DNA from: Octopus bimaculoides
Lineage: Eukaryota
Direction: 5' to 3'
DNA: 64,000 bases
Assembly (NCBI RefSeq): GCF_001194135.2
Contig: NC_068996.1
Span: 18,252,654-18,316,653 of the forward strand
Each line of letters begins with the position of its first letter. Position 1 is the stretch's first letter. The translations under genes and the position numbers were made by a program. Shown here piece by piece: positions 1 through 11,429 of this stretch. The notes beneath the pieces were generated by a model. That model was not told the origin of the DNA and did no database searches. It saw only the letters and a list, made by a program, of their open reading frames with translations.

Positions 1-566
1 CTAAAAGATTTTTCATTGCTTCTTGCAATATCTTCAGTAGTCGTTAACTCTGTCCGTTATGAGAGCTGTGTTCTTTTTGTCTGTTTGTTTGTGTGCATGC
101 ATGTGTGTTAGTATGCATGTGTATGCACATATGTATGTATGTATGCATGTGGGTGTATGTATGTATGTGTGTGTGCATATGTATGTATGCATGTGTGTGT
201 GTATGTATGCATGTTCATGTGTTTGTGTGTGCGTGTACCTCTATCTTGTATGTGCATGTTTGAGTGTGTTTATGTGTATGGGTTTATGACTATGTGTGTC
301 TGTTATGTATAAATGTGTGTCTCCATATGTGTCCTTGTGTGTGTGTGTGTGCGTATATGATCATGTGTTTTAGTCTTCTTTTATGTATGTGTGTGTGTGT
401 GTGCTTGCCTGTCTATTACCCATTTACCTATCTATCTACTTATTTATGTAAATAAGTAGATAGATAGGTAAATGGGTAATACAGACAGGCAAGCACACAC
501 ACACATACATAAAAGAAGACTAAAACACTTGATCATATATGCACACACACACACACACACACACAC
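1..566. repeat. Copy of the foldback element core: near-perfect palindrome centred at 447-448
   Basis: 1-~206 is essentially identical to 854-1066. Arms of about 339-446 and 449-566 are reverse complements with a 2-nt centre. Confidence 0.8.
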
Positions 567-576
567 NNNNNNNNNN

Positions 577-695
577 TCAAGTTAGAGAAGGGGTGCGTAT
601 TATACACACGGTTTAGGTTTTTCAGAAGTACAGTCCCCTAAAAATCCCCTGCATATTATACTCCAAGGTGGACTATACTCGAGGATTTACGGTAT
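577..695 (-). mobile_element. End fragment of a Tc1/mariner/pogo-type non-autonomous DNA element
   Basis: Reverse complement begins TACCGTAAATCCTCGAGTATA, the TA-flanked terminal motif typical of this superfamily. Confidence 0.5.
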
Positions 696-814
696 ATGTA
701 TATTTCATTTTTGTTTTTGGTTTTGCATAATTCTTTATGTAAATTTGTGTACGGAAGCATATTTTATTGTGTCTGGAGAGAGTCACTCTGCTTTAATGCC
801 TCATTTAATTAACA

Positions 815-1284
815 CACTCATCAGTTCGATTTCAACTCATTTACTTATTTTTTCTAAAAGATTTTTCATTGCTTCTTGCAATATCTTCAGTAGTCGTTAA
901 CTCTGTCCGTTATGAGAGCTGTGTTCTTTTTGTCTGTTTGTTTGTGTGCATGCATGTGTGTTAGTATGCATGTGTATGCACATATGTATGTATGTATGCA
1001 TGTGGGTGTATGTATGTATGTGTGTGTGCATATGTATGTATGCATGTGTGTGTGTATGTATGCATGNNNNNNNNNNNNNNNNNNNNNNNNNNNNNNNNNN
1101 NNNNNNNNNNNNNNNNNNNNNNNNNNNNNNNNNNNNNNNNNNNNNNNNNNNNNNNNNNNNNNNNNNNNNNNNNNNNNNNNNNNNNNNNNNNNNNNNNNNN
1201 NNNNNNNNNNNNNNNNNNNNNNNNNNNNNNNNNNNNNNNNNNNNNNNNNNNNNNNNNNNNNNNNAAAACACTTGATCATATATG

Positions 1285-1315
<31 letters not shown>

Positions 1316-1495
1316 GACACATATGGAGACAGATATCTATACATAACAGATGCATGTACATGGTCACACAAAGACACAAACAAACATAAAACGCAGCTCT
1401 GATAATGGACAGTCAACAACTATTGAAGAGGTTGCGAGAAGCAATGAAAATTTTTTAAAAATAAATAAGTAAATGAGTGGAAATCAAACTGGAAG
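815..1495. mobile_element. Foldback / long-inverted-repeat element spanning an N gap
   Basis: 815-1066 and 1266-1495 are diverged reverse complements (ctcatttacttatt..tttcattgcttcttgc vs gcgagaagcaatgaaa..aataagtaaatgag), with microsatellite-rich inner arms. Confidence 0.7.
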
Positions 1496-1504
1496 CACAA
1501 AGCA

Positions 1505-1695
1505 TCAAATTTTTGGGGAAGCGATTAAGTTGATTACATTGACCCCAGTATGTAACTGGTACTAATTTTATCGACTCCAAAAAGACGAGAGGGAAAGTTG
1601 ACCTCAATGGAATTCAAACTCAAAACCTAACGGTGGCTGAAATACTGCTAAGCATTTAGCCTGGCGTACTAATGATTTTGCCAGTTCACTGCCTT
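1505..1695 (+). mobile_element. SINE-like dispersed repeat (family 3), single copy
   Basis: Same motif string (gattacattgaccccagt..actggtact..ttatcgac..aaagttgacct..gaattcaaactc) as 13797-14240 and, inverted, 54480-54615. Confidence 0.7.
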
Positions 1696-2204
1696 AATAT
1701 AATATAATAATCTGAAATAATAAATGTGAATGTCAGTGTGTCACTGTTTCAACTTTACTCCTAGAGGCCGTAGCCCAACATATCATACCATTTTGGAATC
1801 AAGCTGACTCCATGAGTAAATTAAAAACAGTCCAGGTTAAATCTGGACTCACAATCCTGAAATTTTGGATTCCCAATCTTTCATTACTGTGATGGTTTTC
1901 AGCGATTTTTTTATGTGACTTTTTGCGACAGATATGATCATCATTGGGATATGACTCTGGAGGAAGCAATTGCAACAAATTCTCCAAAATAAGTCAGAGA
2001 TCTGTTTGCAGATCTTCCCATTCAGGAATTTCCTCCACTCAACACAACAGTATATATCAGTTTAACTGATTTAGAACAACTTTAGTGCAACCTGTTGAAA
2101 ATAGCAACTAAATCTCCCTCAAATTACACTCTGCCATTTAGAAATAGACAATGTTGTTAATAGGGTATCCAAAGTGATAGAATGGTCATTTTCATTGTTT
2201 AAAA

Positions 2205-2456
2205 CAGTGATTCCCAAAGGGGGCAGTGGAATGATCCAGCTGGGCATTGAAGAAAAGTGGGGTGATAATGGGGTTGTCAAAAGGGGACAATGGATGTAAA
2301 AAGAAACCCCAAATAATGGGTTAATTAGGTTAAGTTATTGTGCATTTGCTGCAAAAAAATGGTCAGTGGTTGTGGTGGTGGTGAGTGGGTGGGGCACTAG
2401 GAATGTGGCCAGGGTGCCAAGGGGACAGCAGCCTGAAAAAGGTTTGGCAACCACTG
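2205..2456. mobile_element. hAT (Charlie-like) MITE
   Basis: TIRs CAGTGATTCCCAAA / TTTGGCAACCACTG and an 8-bp TSD gtttaaaa / atttaaaa (7/8). Confidence 0.8.
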
Positions 2457-2807
2457 ATTTAAAACGTCAATAGTTTCGATTTTTAATGTTCAACATACAT
2501 CCGAAATAATATATTGTTTTTTACCTCTGTTCAAGTAGAACAGATCAAAGCATTCCAGCCATGACCATCACAACTGATTTACAGATAATATATCCATGGC
2601 TACATTACTGAATGTGTCCTTCCTTCTTTTTAAGAACTTGAGCAATGATTTCTGAGGAATTTGGATACTGCTTCTAATGGGTTAAACAATTATGTAGAGG
2701 CTCCTTCATTGGTTTGATATAGATGTGTGTGTGCATGTATGTTTCCTCTATAATAAATATTGTTGATGATTTCAACCTAAAAGTACTTTTGCTTCTTTCA
2801 ACATCAG

Positions 2808-2885
2808 AATGGAGAGAAAAACCTTTATGCAGGATGTGGTGACAATCTTATCTACATTTATGATCTGGAAACTGGTTCATTAAAG
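2808..2885 (+). CDS. THOC6: THOC6 internal exon (first visible): NGEKNLYAGCGDNLIYIYDLETGSLK
   Basis: catcag|AAT acceptor, AAG|gtaaat donor, 78 nt, phase 0-0. Peptide matches the THOC6 WD40 segment (human [24 protein letters not shown], recalled). Confidence 0.9.
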
Positions 2886-3000
2886 GTAAATTTTATCAAA
2901 TTATAATTATTATTGTTATTACTAATATTGTTTTTGTTAATATTAGTTCCAAATTTTGACACAAGGCTAGCAGTTTTGGAGGTGGGTATAAGTCAATTAC

Positions 3001-5090
3001 TGTTGTGATAAGAGTTTTGCTGCCCCCTTGTGAAAGATAGACTAGTCCAAGTAAAGTATAAATAGCAACAGTCCAAGTGAATTCAAGGTTCAGAGTTTGG
3101 AGTCGAGTGAAGTTTGTGTGAGTTTGCAGTGAAGTCGGAAGTAGTTCACAAGGAATAGTGATTGTTGGTTCGTAAAGAGATTTTTTAATTCGTTACATTG
3201 TTGTTACTGTTGTCTGGTTATCTTATTTATTGTACATAACAAATTACATTACAACATGTAGCGACAAGGTTTTCGAAGCTTGCGTTGATTATATAACAAT
3301 TAGTTTGTGATACAACTTGTTAAACAATGGAAGACCTATTAGTTTCCATAATACAGTTGCTAAAGCAACAAGAGCAGCAACAGGAGTTGCAGAAACAACT
3401 ATTACAGCAACAACAATTATTGGAGATATATTCAAAGAAGTCCAAAAATGAGGTTTATTTTCGCCAGATGACGTTTCAAACTCGATTAATGAATTCAGTT
3501 ATAACCCTGAGGAGGATATAACTTTTGCATCATACAGATATGCCGACCAGAAAAGTACAACCAAAAAAGAACGCCATATCATAATCTATGTTATGGAGGA
3601 TAGGGGGCATACATTTCAGAAAAGACTGTCCATTTAAAAATCAAAAAGTTACAGTTGCAAAAGAATTGGTCACAAGAGTTCACACTACAGAACAAAATTA
3701 CAAAGGTCAAACATTAAAAATCTTAGAGTGTTCCTGGCAGAAACAAAAATCAACTCCCAAATAAGAAAATTCATACATGTAAAAATAAATGGAATATGTA
3801 TTAAACTTCAATTGGATACTGGAAGTGATATTTAAATAATAAATATGGACATATGGAAGAAAATAGGGAAACCTATATGGAGTAAAACAATGAAATCTGC
3901 TCGTAGCGTAACGGGCGACAAATTACATTTCATAAGCGAAGTGTGGACTAATGTTACATTTCGAGGGAAAACATGCAGGGCAAAAGTCTTTGTCGTTAAA
4001 AATGCAACTGATCTGTTGGGTACCAATTGGTTAGAATTATTCGATTTAGGAGACCTCCCCCATAAATTTCTGTTGTAAAAACATAAATGATTATCCTTCT
4101 AAAAGTAATTTGTCTGAAGAGTTAAAGAGAAATTTTTTTTAAATGTTTCCACAAGTACTCTCGCACAAACTAAACCATAGCCAAAGACTGAGAGCCCATG
4201 GTCCAGGATACATATCGACTATGCTGGACCAGTGAATGGCACATACTATCTAATTGCTATGGATAGCTATAAAAAGTGGCCAGAGATATGCAGATGTAAT
4301 AAATCCACAGCAAAGACAACAATAAAGTACTTACTCGAGTTATTTGCTTGATATGGTGTTCCAGACACATTAGTTTCTTATAATGGAACATAATTCATGG
4401 CATATGAGTTAAGAAATTTCAGCAAAGTACATGTTATAAAGCACAGTCCTACCACCTGAGGTCAAATGAACAGGCGGAAAGATTTGCCGACACATTCAAA
4501 AGAGCTCTAAGGAAAGCTAGGACTGAGCTAGATAATGACGAAGCACTAGCAAAATTTTTGAGATTATGTAGAATAATGCCAAATCCAAATACTAATTCAG
4601 GAAAGTCACCAGCAGAGTTAATGTTCACGCATAAAATATAATCGATCTTTGATAAATTATTGCCAAGAAAAAATACGTATAAAGGAGACAAAAAATACAG
4701 TTGAAGGAAATGCAAGAAATAATACAAAACATTTCAAAGTTCATTTTAAAAATTATAAAAATGGTAACGAAGGTTGGGAGGGTGGCTGTGTAATCAAAAA
4801 ACAACAACAACAAAACCTTAAAGCAAATCAGTTAAATACCAGAATTTGAGAGAATTTATGGTATATTATTTTAATTGAAGGACAACATTTGGAACATAAA
4901 AGACATCTTAGCCAGTTAAAGATGAGATATACAGAAGAACAAAGGGTAAAACCAATGGAAGTTTTCTATGATATGTTTGAAGTGCCAGCACCGAGAGATA
5001 TTGCACCCCGTAGAATTAGCTTCAGAAAATGAAAATGGACTGAATATCTGGAAGTAATACCTAATGGAAAAGATATTAGATTTTCAAAAA
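3001..5090 (+). mobile_element. Degenerate Ty3/Gypsy LTR retrotransposon (5' LTR 3001-3256, gag, protease, integrase; RT/RNase H deleted; 3' LTR not found)
   Basis: LTR bounded by TGTTGT...ACAACA and followed by a PBS-like TAGCGACAAGG. Protease LQLDTGSDI..LLGTNWLELFDL at ~3800-4050. Integrase PWSRIHIDYAGP..DSY.KWPE at ~4195-4290 and GQAERFADTFKRAL at ~4460-4510. Many stops and frameshifts. Confidence 0.9.
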
Positions 5091-5101
5091 AAAAAACCCA
5101 G

Positions 5102-5261
5102 TGCTAACAAGAGTATAATGAAAGAGTGCTGTGTGCAATGAACAGCACCTCTCCCTCTTTTTGTTTTTAAAGCTGTTGTATCTTAATTGTCGCCTGACTT
5201 TTAGGGTATTATAGTTTGTTGCACACAGCACTATCTCTTTTTGTTATACTCTTGTTAACAT
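5102..5261. mobile_element. Small hairpin (MITE-like) element
   Basis: 5102-5143 (tgctaacaagagtataatgaaagagtgctgtgtgcaatgaac) is an imperfect inverted repeat of 5215-5261. Confidence 0.6.
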
Positions 5262-5814
5262 TCTGGATATAGTGTAAGAAAGCCACACAACTGTCTTGTG
5301 AAAATATCTCTTGTAAAATGTATAGTAGTAAAAAGCAGAGAGGTATCAGTTGCTGGCAAGAAGTGTCTAGCAGTAGGATTGCTAGATTCTGGGATTTCTG
5401 CAAATTTGCATGTCATCAATAGCAGTTGGCCACTATACATGATGTTTTCTCTAAAGTCAGTACCACAATATTGTGATGTTAGAGAAATATACATATTTGA
5501 AAAAAAAATCTCAGAAAGTAGATGCTAGCTTAACACTGATCAAATATTATATAGAACATTTAAAATAAAAACAATAAAAAAATTATCCAAAAATCTTTTG
5601 GTTTTTGATTTACCAATTTTACTTTGAATTTTCTTATATTTGCATGCAGTTGCTATTGGACTTACTGTTATTAACAACAACAGCAACAATAGCAGTAGCA
5701 ACAAGAACAAGAACTATTTAACCACTTCTAACATCTGAAAAGTTTAAAAAAAAAAAAATTAAAATTTGTAAGTATTTTAGGAAATTTTTTAGAAACTAAA
5801 TTTTATCATTGCAG

Positions 5815-5917
5815 TCAACATTGTCAGGACACAAAGATTATATACATTGTGTGACACTGTGTAACACTCGGCAAGAATGTGTGTCTGCTGCTGAAGATGG
5901 TACTGTCCGAATCTGGG
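5815..5917 (+). CDS. THOC6: THOC6 exon: STLSGHKDYIHCVTLCNTRQECVSAAEDGTVRIW
   Basis: ttgcag|TCA acceptor, TGGG|gtaagt donor, 103 nt, phase 0-1. Carries the GH.DYIHC ... EDG.VR.W motif typical of THOC6. Confidence 0.95.
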
Positions 5918-7053
5918 GTAAGTTATGTTTCAATTAAAAAAAAAAAAAATACAAAACCTTAGAGCAAATCAGTTAAATTACAGAATTTGAGAGAATTTAT
6001 GGTATATTATTTTAGTGATCCCAGAAGGATAAAAATAAAAAATAACCTTGGTAGAATTTTGGACTCAAAACATAAAGGAGTGTGATTAAAATACTGCGAG
6101 GTATTTAAATATAAAAGCATTGTAGTTTGCTTGAAACATAGAAGTAGAAAATACAGAAAGCTTCTAACAATGCAGAAAGTTGTATAAAAAACTTAATATT
6201 TCTGGTGCAAGGGCCCATCGTCAGAAGGAAGTAGTCCATAAAATGTCTAGTTACACCAGTTTTGTTATTTTATTTAAATATTTTTTTAAATGTTTAATAA
6301 GAGGTGGAATAGTAGAGCCCATGAGACATTTAAGGACCTTTGAAACCAGTGGGAGGTCTGAATGCATGAAATAATAGATTTCTTGGTAGTCGAACCAAGA
6401 AAGAAAGGTCAGGCTTGGCTGAACACCGGTCATGTGGGGTGAGAAGAGAGAGAGGTAGAGGCAGAGGGATAGAAGAATTAAGGAGGGGCGAGAAAAAAAG
6501 TGTAAAAAAAATATACCATGAACTCTTATCAGAATTTTCTTGTAGCAGAGGGCAAATAGGTGCAGAAATGGTGAGGTGAAAGCAACAAATTGATAGTCAT
6601 AACAGTGTTGGCGAGAATGTTTCTCAGGATTTGTTCTGATTGTCTCTGCTCTGAGTTTACATACATGAGAACATGCAAGGCTGAGACAATTGGGGACTTG
6701 ATGTATTGTAATTCTGTCTAACCCAGGTCGTCATTGAAAGTGGGTGTTGAATTGCTAATGTCGAGGCTGGTGATCACAGTGACATCAATGAAGATGATGT
6801 TGTAGCTGAGATTGTTCATGAAAATGACTTTACTTCACCTTATTTGACAATATAAAAAGGACCTTATAAGTGCAATACACCAACTATCTATTCTATCCTC
6901 CCTGCTGTCTAATTAAAATATTGTTCCTCGTTAAATATTATATTATGGTTGAGTTTCTGTTGGAGCATATCATGCTATTTAACTATTAATGACATCACTA
7001 AAACTGGAATTGTGTTATATCAGTGCCACTCTCTCTTTTTCACCATATTCTAG

Positions 7054-7106
7054 ATGCAAGATCTTCCAATGAAGCCATTTGCATGTTGGAGCCATACAAG
7101 AATGAG
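7054..7106 (+). CDS. THOC6: THOC6 exon: (D)ARSSNEAICMLEPYKNE
   Basis: ttctag|AT acceptor, GAG|gtaaat donor, 53 nt, phase 1-0. In frame with both neighbours and similar to DLRTAKEVQTIEVYKHE. Confidence 0.9.
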
Positions 7107-7635
7107 GTAAATCATAATTGTATTCAATGATACCTGATTTATAATTTTTAATATTTCTTTCTTTTTACAGATTTATTTGGAATTATCACTTCTGTAAACT
7201 GCTTTCACAAGTTTCTGTTGATCATTTTTCTTAATTTTTTTTTTCCCATGTTATTCACATGTAAAGAATGGCCAACATTAGCTAAAGATGGAATGTATTT
7301 TTAACTACATACTTGGTTCAGTTTATCTATAGTGTTGTGAAATGAGAGAATGGCCAATATTATGTAAAGATCAAAAGGTTCTTCCTCATTTTCTCACTCT
7401 ACTGAGAAATGACTAAATTACCCTGTTAATATATCTGCTATATAAGTTATGTATATTGTACCATAGCTTGAAACTGTGTGGTCTAAGATCCCTGTTGACG
7501 GGGCCATGATATTAAGTAAAGTATTGATACATATGCTATGCAAGTTAGTAGTTCCAGTTTTCTGTAGCTACTGTAATTGTTGAATATATAAATAGATTGG
7601 CTCCTTGTTTCTTTTGGATTAGTCAAATAGATGTA

Positions 7636-7684
7636 GACACCTCTGATGAGAATCCAATAGGATTCAAAAATTGATTAAGGTTGT
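7636..7684 (+). ncRNA. Type I hammerhead ribozyme relic (G12A), probably from a Penelope-like/retrozyme pseudo-LTR
   Basis: ACCT-CTGATGA-GAATCC(AATA)GGATTC-AAAA-ATTGATT-A-AGGT: helix I ACCT/AGGT, perfect 6-bp helix II, near-palindromic helix III. TATATAAATAG lies ~60 nt upstream. Confidence 0.7.
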
Positions 7685-8059
7685 TCATCATTTATCAATC
7701 TATAGAGAAATAGCTGAATTAGTTCTATTTATGTATCTACTATATAAGTTACATCTATTTTAACTACACATTGATAGTGTGACTGTCATACAAGCATTGC
7801 CATTTATTTACAATATTCTGCACAAACATGTCTGGCCATGAGGAACTGTTTGCTTGAAAATAGATTTGGCAACAGGAAGGCATCAGACTGTAGAAAATCT
7901 GCCACAGCCAACTTCGTCCAACCCAAACATGCATGATAAAGTGGATTCAATAATATTGATGATGATGATAACAATCTTTGGTTCAATATATTTCTAACTA
8001 CATATGATAAACATTTCAAGCTCTTTTTCTCTTCTAAGTTAAGTGCTTGTCTTACAGGC

Positions 8060-8650
8060 CCCATGAATCTTCTCCATTTTGCCCTATCCTCTACATCCTC
8101 TTTCCCCACCTGTCACAAGACCTTTTTACCTTAATTTTTTTCCCATCACCTGTAGCCACATCTATATCAATCTTTCTCTTCTTCCTCCTCTCACTTATAG
8201 TGAACGGGAAGATTAGAAGAATGGGAAGAATAAGTACAGCATGTAGAAGGAGATGGTGGAGAGATGTGCAGGTATATAACAGGGAAGGCAGGGTACATGT
8301 ACTAGTGTCCCACCCCCATCCCACTATTTTAACCAGATCACAGAGCTGGGAACCCTTTCAACGGCCATCTCTAGGTCAACAAAGACCAGACATAGGGGCT
8401 TGTTCCTGGCAAGATACTGCTTTGGTATCTTTCTAATTAGGAAGATGGCATCAGTAGTACTTCTTCCTACCACAAAATCAAATTGCATTACTTCTTGGTT
8501 AATTCTCTTTCTAATCAATTGAGCTATAACTGTAACCTCAAAAATCTTGTACTATAGTTTTAACTTTTAACATGCTGTATGATATGAATCTATCCAGTGT
8601 TGCAAATATCTGCCAGTATTCTACTGCCTTAAAGCACCCAGATCTTAATC
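8060..8650 (-). mobile_element. RTE-clade LINE fragment (RT N-terminal motifs fused to the C-terminal end)
   Basis: QFDFVVGRSTTDAIFLIRK..YLARNKPLCLVFVDLEMAVERVP (8324-8518), then EDVEDRAKWR. Confidence 0.8.
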
Positions 8651-9083
8651 CCTTTGTTTATATTTGTTTTAAAGGGAATTATGTACATCTCTGATATTAG
8701 AGGAAAATCTTTAATCCCTATCTATTTACATACCAAGATGGGATTTATTTTTGAAGGTTTTTTTTTATCAAAACCTTCGTGCATATCTAGTTAGTTTTTC
8801 TCCGAGACAGTTCAGCTTAGCTACAAATTTTATAATTAAAAAACATAAAATCAGCTTTTTTGTTTGTGATATTTGTATGTCCATGTTTGTTACATATAAT
8901 GTTTTATTACTTCACATTTTTTTTTGAGTATCTCTTAGATGTGCAGTGAGTTAACAGCTATACATGAACATTATTATTTTTATGACAAATGACTAAGTCT
9001 TTTCTGCAATACTGGCAATTATCACAGGAATCTGACCTTAAGTAAATTATGTATTGTACAAATTACTTCTTCATTAATTTTAG

Positions 9084-9152
9084 ATGTGTGGCCGTCCAGA
9101 ATTTGGCAAGTGGTTAGGATGCGTTGCCATGGATACAGGAGATGATTGGCTG
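9084..9152 (+). CDS. THOC6: THOC6 exon: MCGRPEFGKWLGCVAMDTGDDWL
   Basis: ttttag|ATG acceptor, CTG|gtaagt donor, 69 nt, phase 0-0. Carries the C.RP..G.W.GC.A...DW motif. Confidence 0.95.
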
Positions 9153-9548
9153 GTAAGTAATTAATTACTGTGGTGTGTGTGTGTGTGTGTGTGTGTGAAA
9201 GAGAGAGAAAGTGAGAATGAGAGTGTATGTGTATGTGTACGCAAGTGGTGAATCATTGTATTCATGAGTGAAACACATTTCCTCCATGGTGGGGTAAAAG
9301 GGACAATTTAACTAAAGTTATTTTTGTTGTTATCTAGTCTCAGAGCAGACCTAAGATCAGAGATATTCCAACCATGATTTTCACAGATATTTTCTTTAAA
9401 ACACATGTTCCAATGTATTTAACAGCAAATTAGGCTGTTAAAGAGAGACTGAGAATGATTTCCTTATTGGTTATTGATTAATGTCATTACTCTGATATAA
9501 TTGTCATGTCTTTTGATGACAATAATTATTTATTTACCACAAGGGCTA

Positions 9549-9643
9549 GTGGAGGCGCAATGGCCCAGTGGTTAGGGAAGCGGACTCATGGTCATAGGAT
9601 CGCGGTTTCGATTCCCAGACCATAAACGACGGAGTGCCAACAA
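9549..9643 (+). mobile_element. tRNA-derived SINE family 1, internally deleted copy
   Basis: Head GGAGGCGCAATGGCCCAGTGGTTAGG...GTTTCGATTCCC joined directly to the tail CGACGGAGTGCCAACAA. TSD cacaagggc at 9538-9546 and 9645-9653. Confidence 0.8.
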
Positions 9644-10319
9644 TCACAAGGGCATTTGGGTTCCTTTTTTTTCATGGTACCTGCATTAGTGAAGTCACCA
9701 TGTACCCTGCAGAACTAAGATCATTGACAAGTTAGGCTTGAGTCGGGAAGGGAGGTAGCTTTATGCTGAGAGATGAGGACTTAAAGTATGAAAAAAAGGG
9801 GCCAGAACAGAACAGGTTACTTGCTGAAGAGGAAATACCATCATTACTCATATATTAAAAAAAGTAGGTGGGGGTGATTGGTTGGAACTGGAAAGAAATA
9901 TAATGATGATAGTGAATGAATAAGCAAGTCCTCAAGGTACAAGAAGGTGAATAGAAGTGAATGGAGACAGAAATGGAACAGAGTGGTTAGTAGATGTTGC
10001 TAGATTGTATGAGGAGAGTGAGGGATGGTTAGTGAGTGGTTAAGATGGTTAAAAGTGGGTGATGGTGAATATAAAGAATGATGAGCAAGGCTTGAGGGTT
10101 GTTGATAAATATGTTGAAGGGAAAGTAAGAGAGAGTAGGTGATGACTGTAGAGATTAGGTGGGAGGTGAGGAGTAGATGTAATGAATGGTAGACAAAGAT
10201 GGAGGGATGATTGAAGGTACAGACAACTTAGAGGGAAGGTAAAGGAAAGCAGGTGGTGACTGGCAATACAGGAAGGGGTAAAGAGCAGTAGAATAGTAAT
10301 AATAAGTAGTTACCAATGT

Positions 10320-10665
10320 CGCCTTCTTAACACTTGTGCCAGTGACACGTGAAAAGACATTCGAGCGAGATCATTGCCAGTGCCCCTGGACTGGCCCCTG
10401 TGTAGGTGGCACTTAAAATACACCATTTTGAGCGTGGCCGTTGCCAGTACCTCCTGACTGGCCTTCGTGCCGGTGGCACGTAAAAGCACCCACTACGCTC
10501 TCAGAGTGGCTGGCGTTAGGAAGGGCATCCAGCTGTAGAAACTCTGCCAAATCAGATTGGAGCCTGGTGTAACCATCTGGTTCACCAGTCCTCAGTCAAA
10601 TCGTCCAACCCATGCTAGCATGGAAAGCGGATGTTAAACGACGACGATGATGATGATGATGATGA
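10320..10665 (+). mobile_element. SINE-like repeat with an RTE-type (GAT)n tail (family 4); second copy ~14510-14790
   Basis: Shared blocks ggcacgtaaaagcaccc..gagtgg.tggcgttaggaagggcat.cagct.tagaaac..catgc.a.catggaaa..gatgttaaa.gatgatgat in both copies. Confidence 0.75.
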
Positions 10666-11040
10666 ATAATAAGATGGGGGAAGGATGAAAGGGAAATGAC
10701 ATGTTAGTGTATAGGTTACATGAAGATATGGAGACAGACTGACATAGTACCATAGCATACTATTAGTATATCATAGTATCATTGCATACCATAGTATATC
10801 ATAGTACTATAGTATATACATCATTGTTCCACAGCTTATAGTAATATATTGTACTTCCACTGTATATCATATTATAGTGTATCATACTATACCATAATAT
10901 ATCATAGTTCTACTCTAAATATTAATTGCTAGCCAGGACACAGTGTTTTGTTTTTGCAACCATAATATACTAGTATATTAAAGGTTTATAAGTTAATATT
11001 GTGTTTTACTTCTTTCTCTGTGTTAGCAGTACAATATTCT

Positions 11041-11230
11041 CATTTAAGTTTATCTATATAGATTGTCTATAGTATCCAGAACCAACACTGAAAGTTACAA
11101 CATTTCGTATACAAATACGTTTATGTAAATAATGTAATCGAAAATATCGCATTGTTTACATAGATGTATTCATATATGAAACATCATAACTTTCAGTGTT
11201 GGCTCTAAATTCTATAGAATTAAACTTAAA
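11041..11230. mobile_element. Hairpin MITE 200 bp upstream of a THOC6 exon
   Basis: gaaccaacactgaaagtta..atgtaaataatg is inverted relative to cattgtttacat..taactttcagtgttggctc. Outer arms tttaagttt / aaacttaaa. Confidence 0.65.
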
Positions 11231-11429
11231 AGCATAGTACAGTAGCATAGTGTATTGTTGTGTATCATAATACCATAATAGACCCTAATATCAGGCTATT
11301 ATAGAAAATCACAAACCATAGTATGGAAAATCTCATTCTGTTAGACCTGTGACATAATTGAGATTAAACTCGAGTTCTTCAGGCTACTGTTATGTTCTGT
11401 TATCATGAATATGTTTCATCATTTTACAG

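Noticed and set aside
1-236. Apparent tandem segmental duplication of 1-206 at 854-1066
   Set aside because: The copies are near-identical and abut N gaps, so a scaffolding duplication is more likely than a real one.
1425-1460. TTGAAGAG-GTTGC-GAGAA-GCAAT-GAAA (and CTGAAGA.. on the other arm) in the foldback element
   Set aside because: A helix II and GAAA are present, but no helix I could be formed, so it was not called as a ribozyme.
6500-6830. Possible Penelope-like GIY-YIG/RT remnant on the minus strand
   Set aside because: Only vague similarity across frameshifts, with no intact motif.
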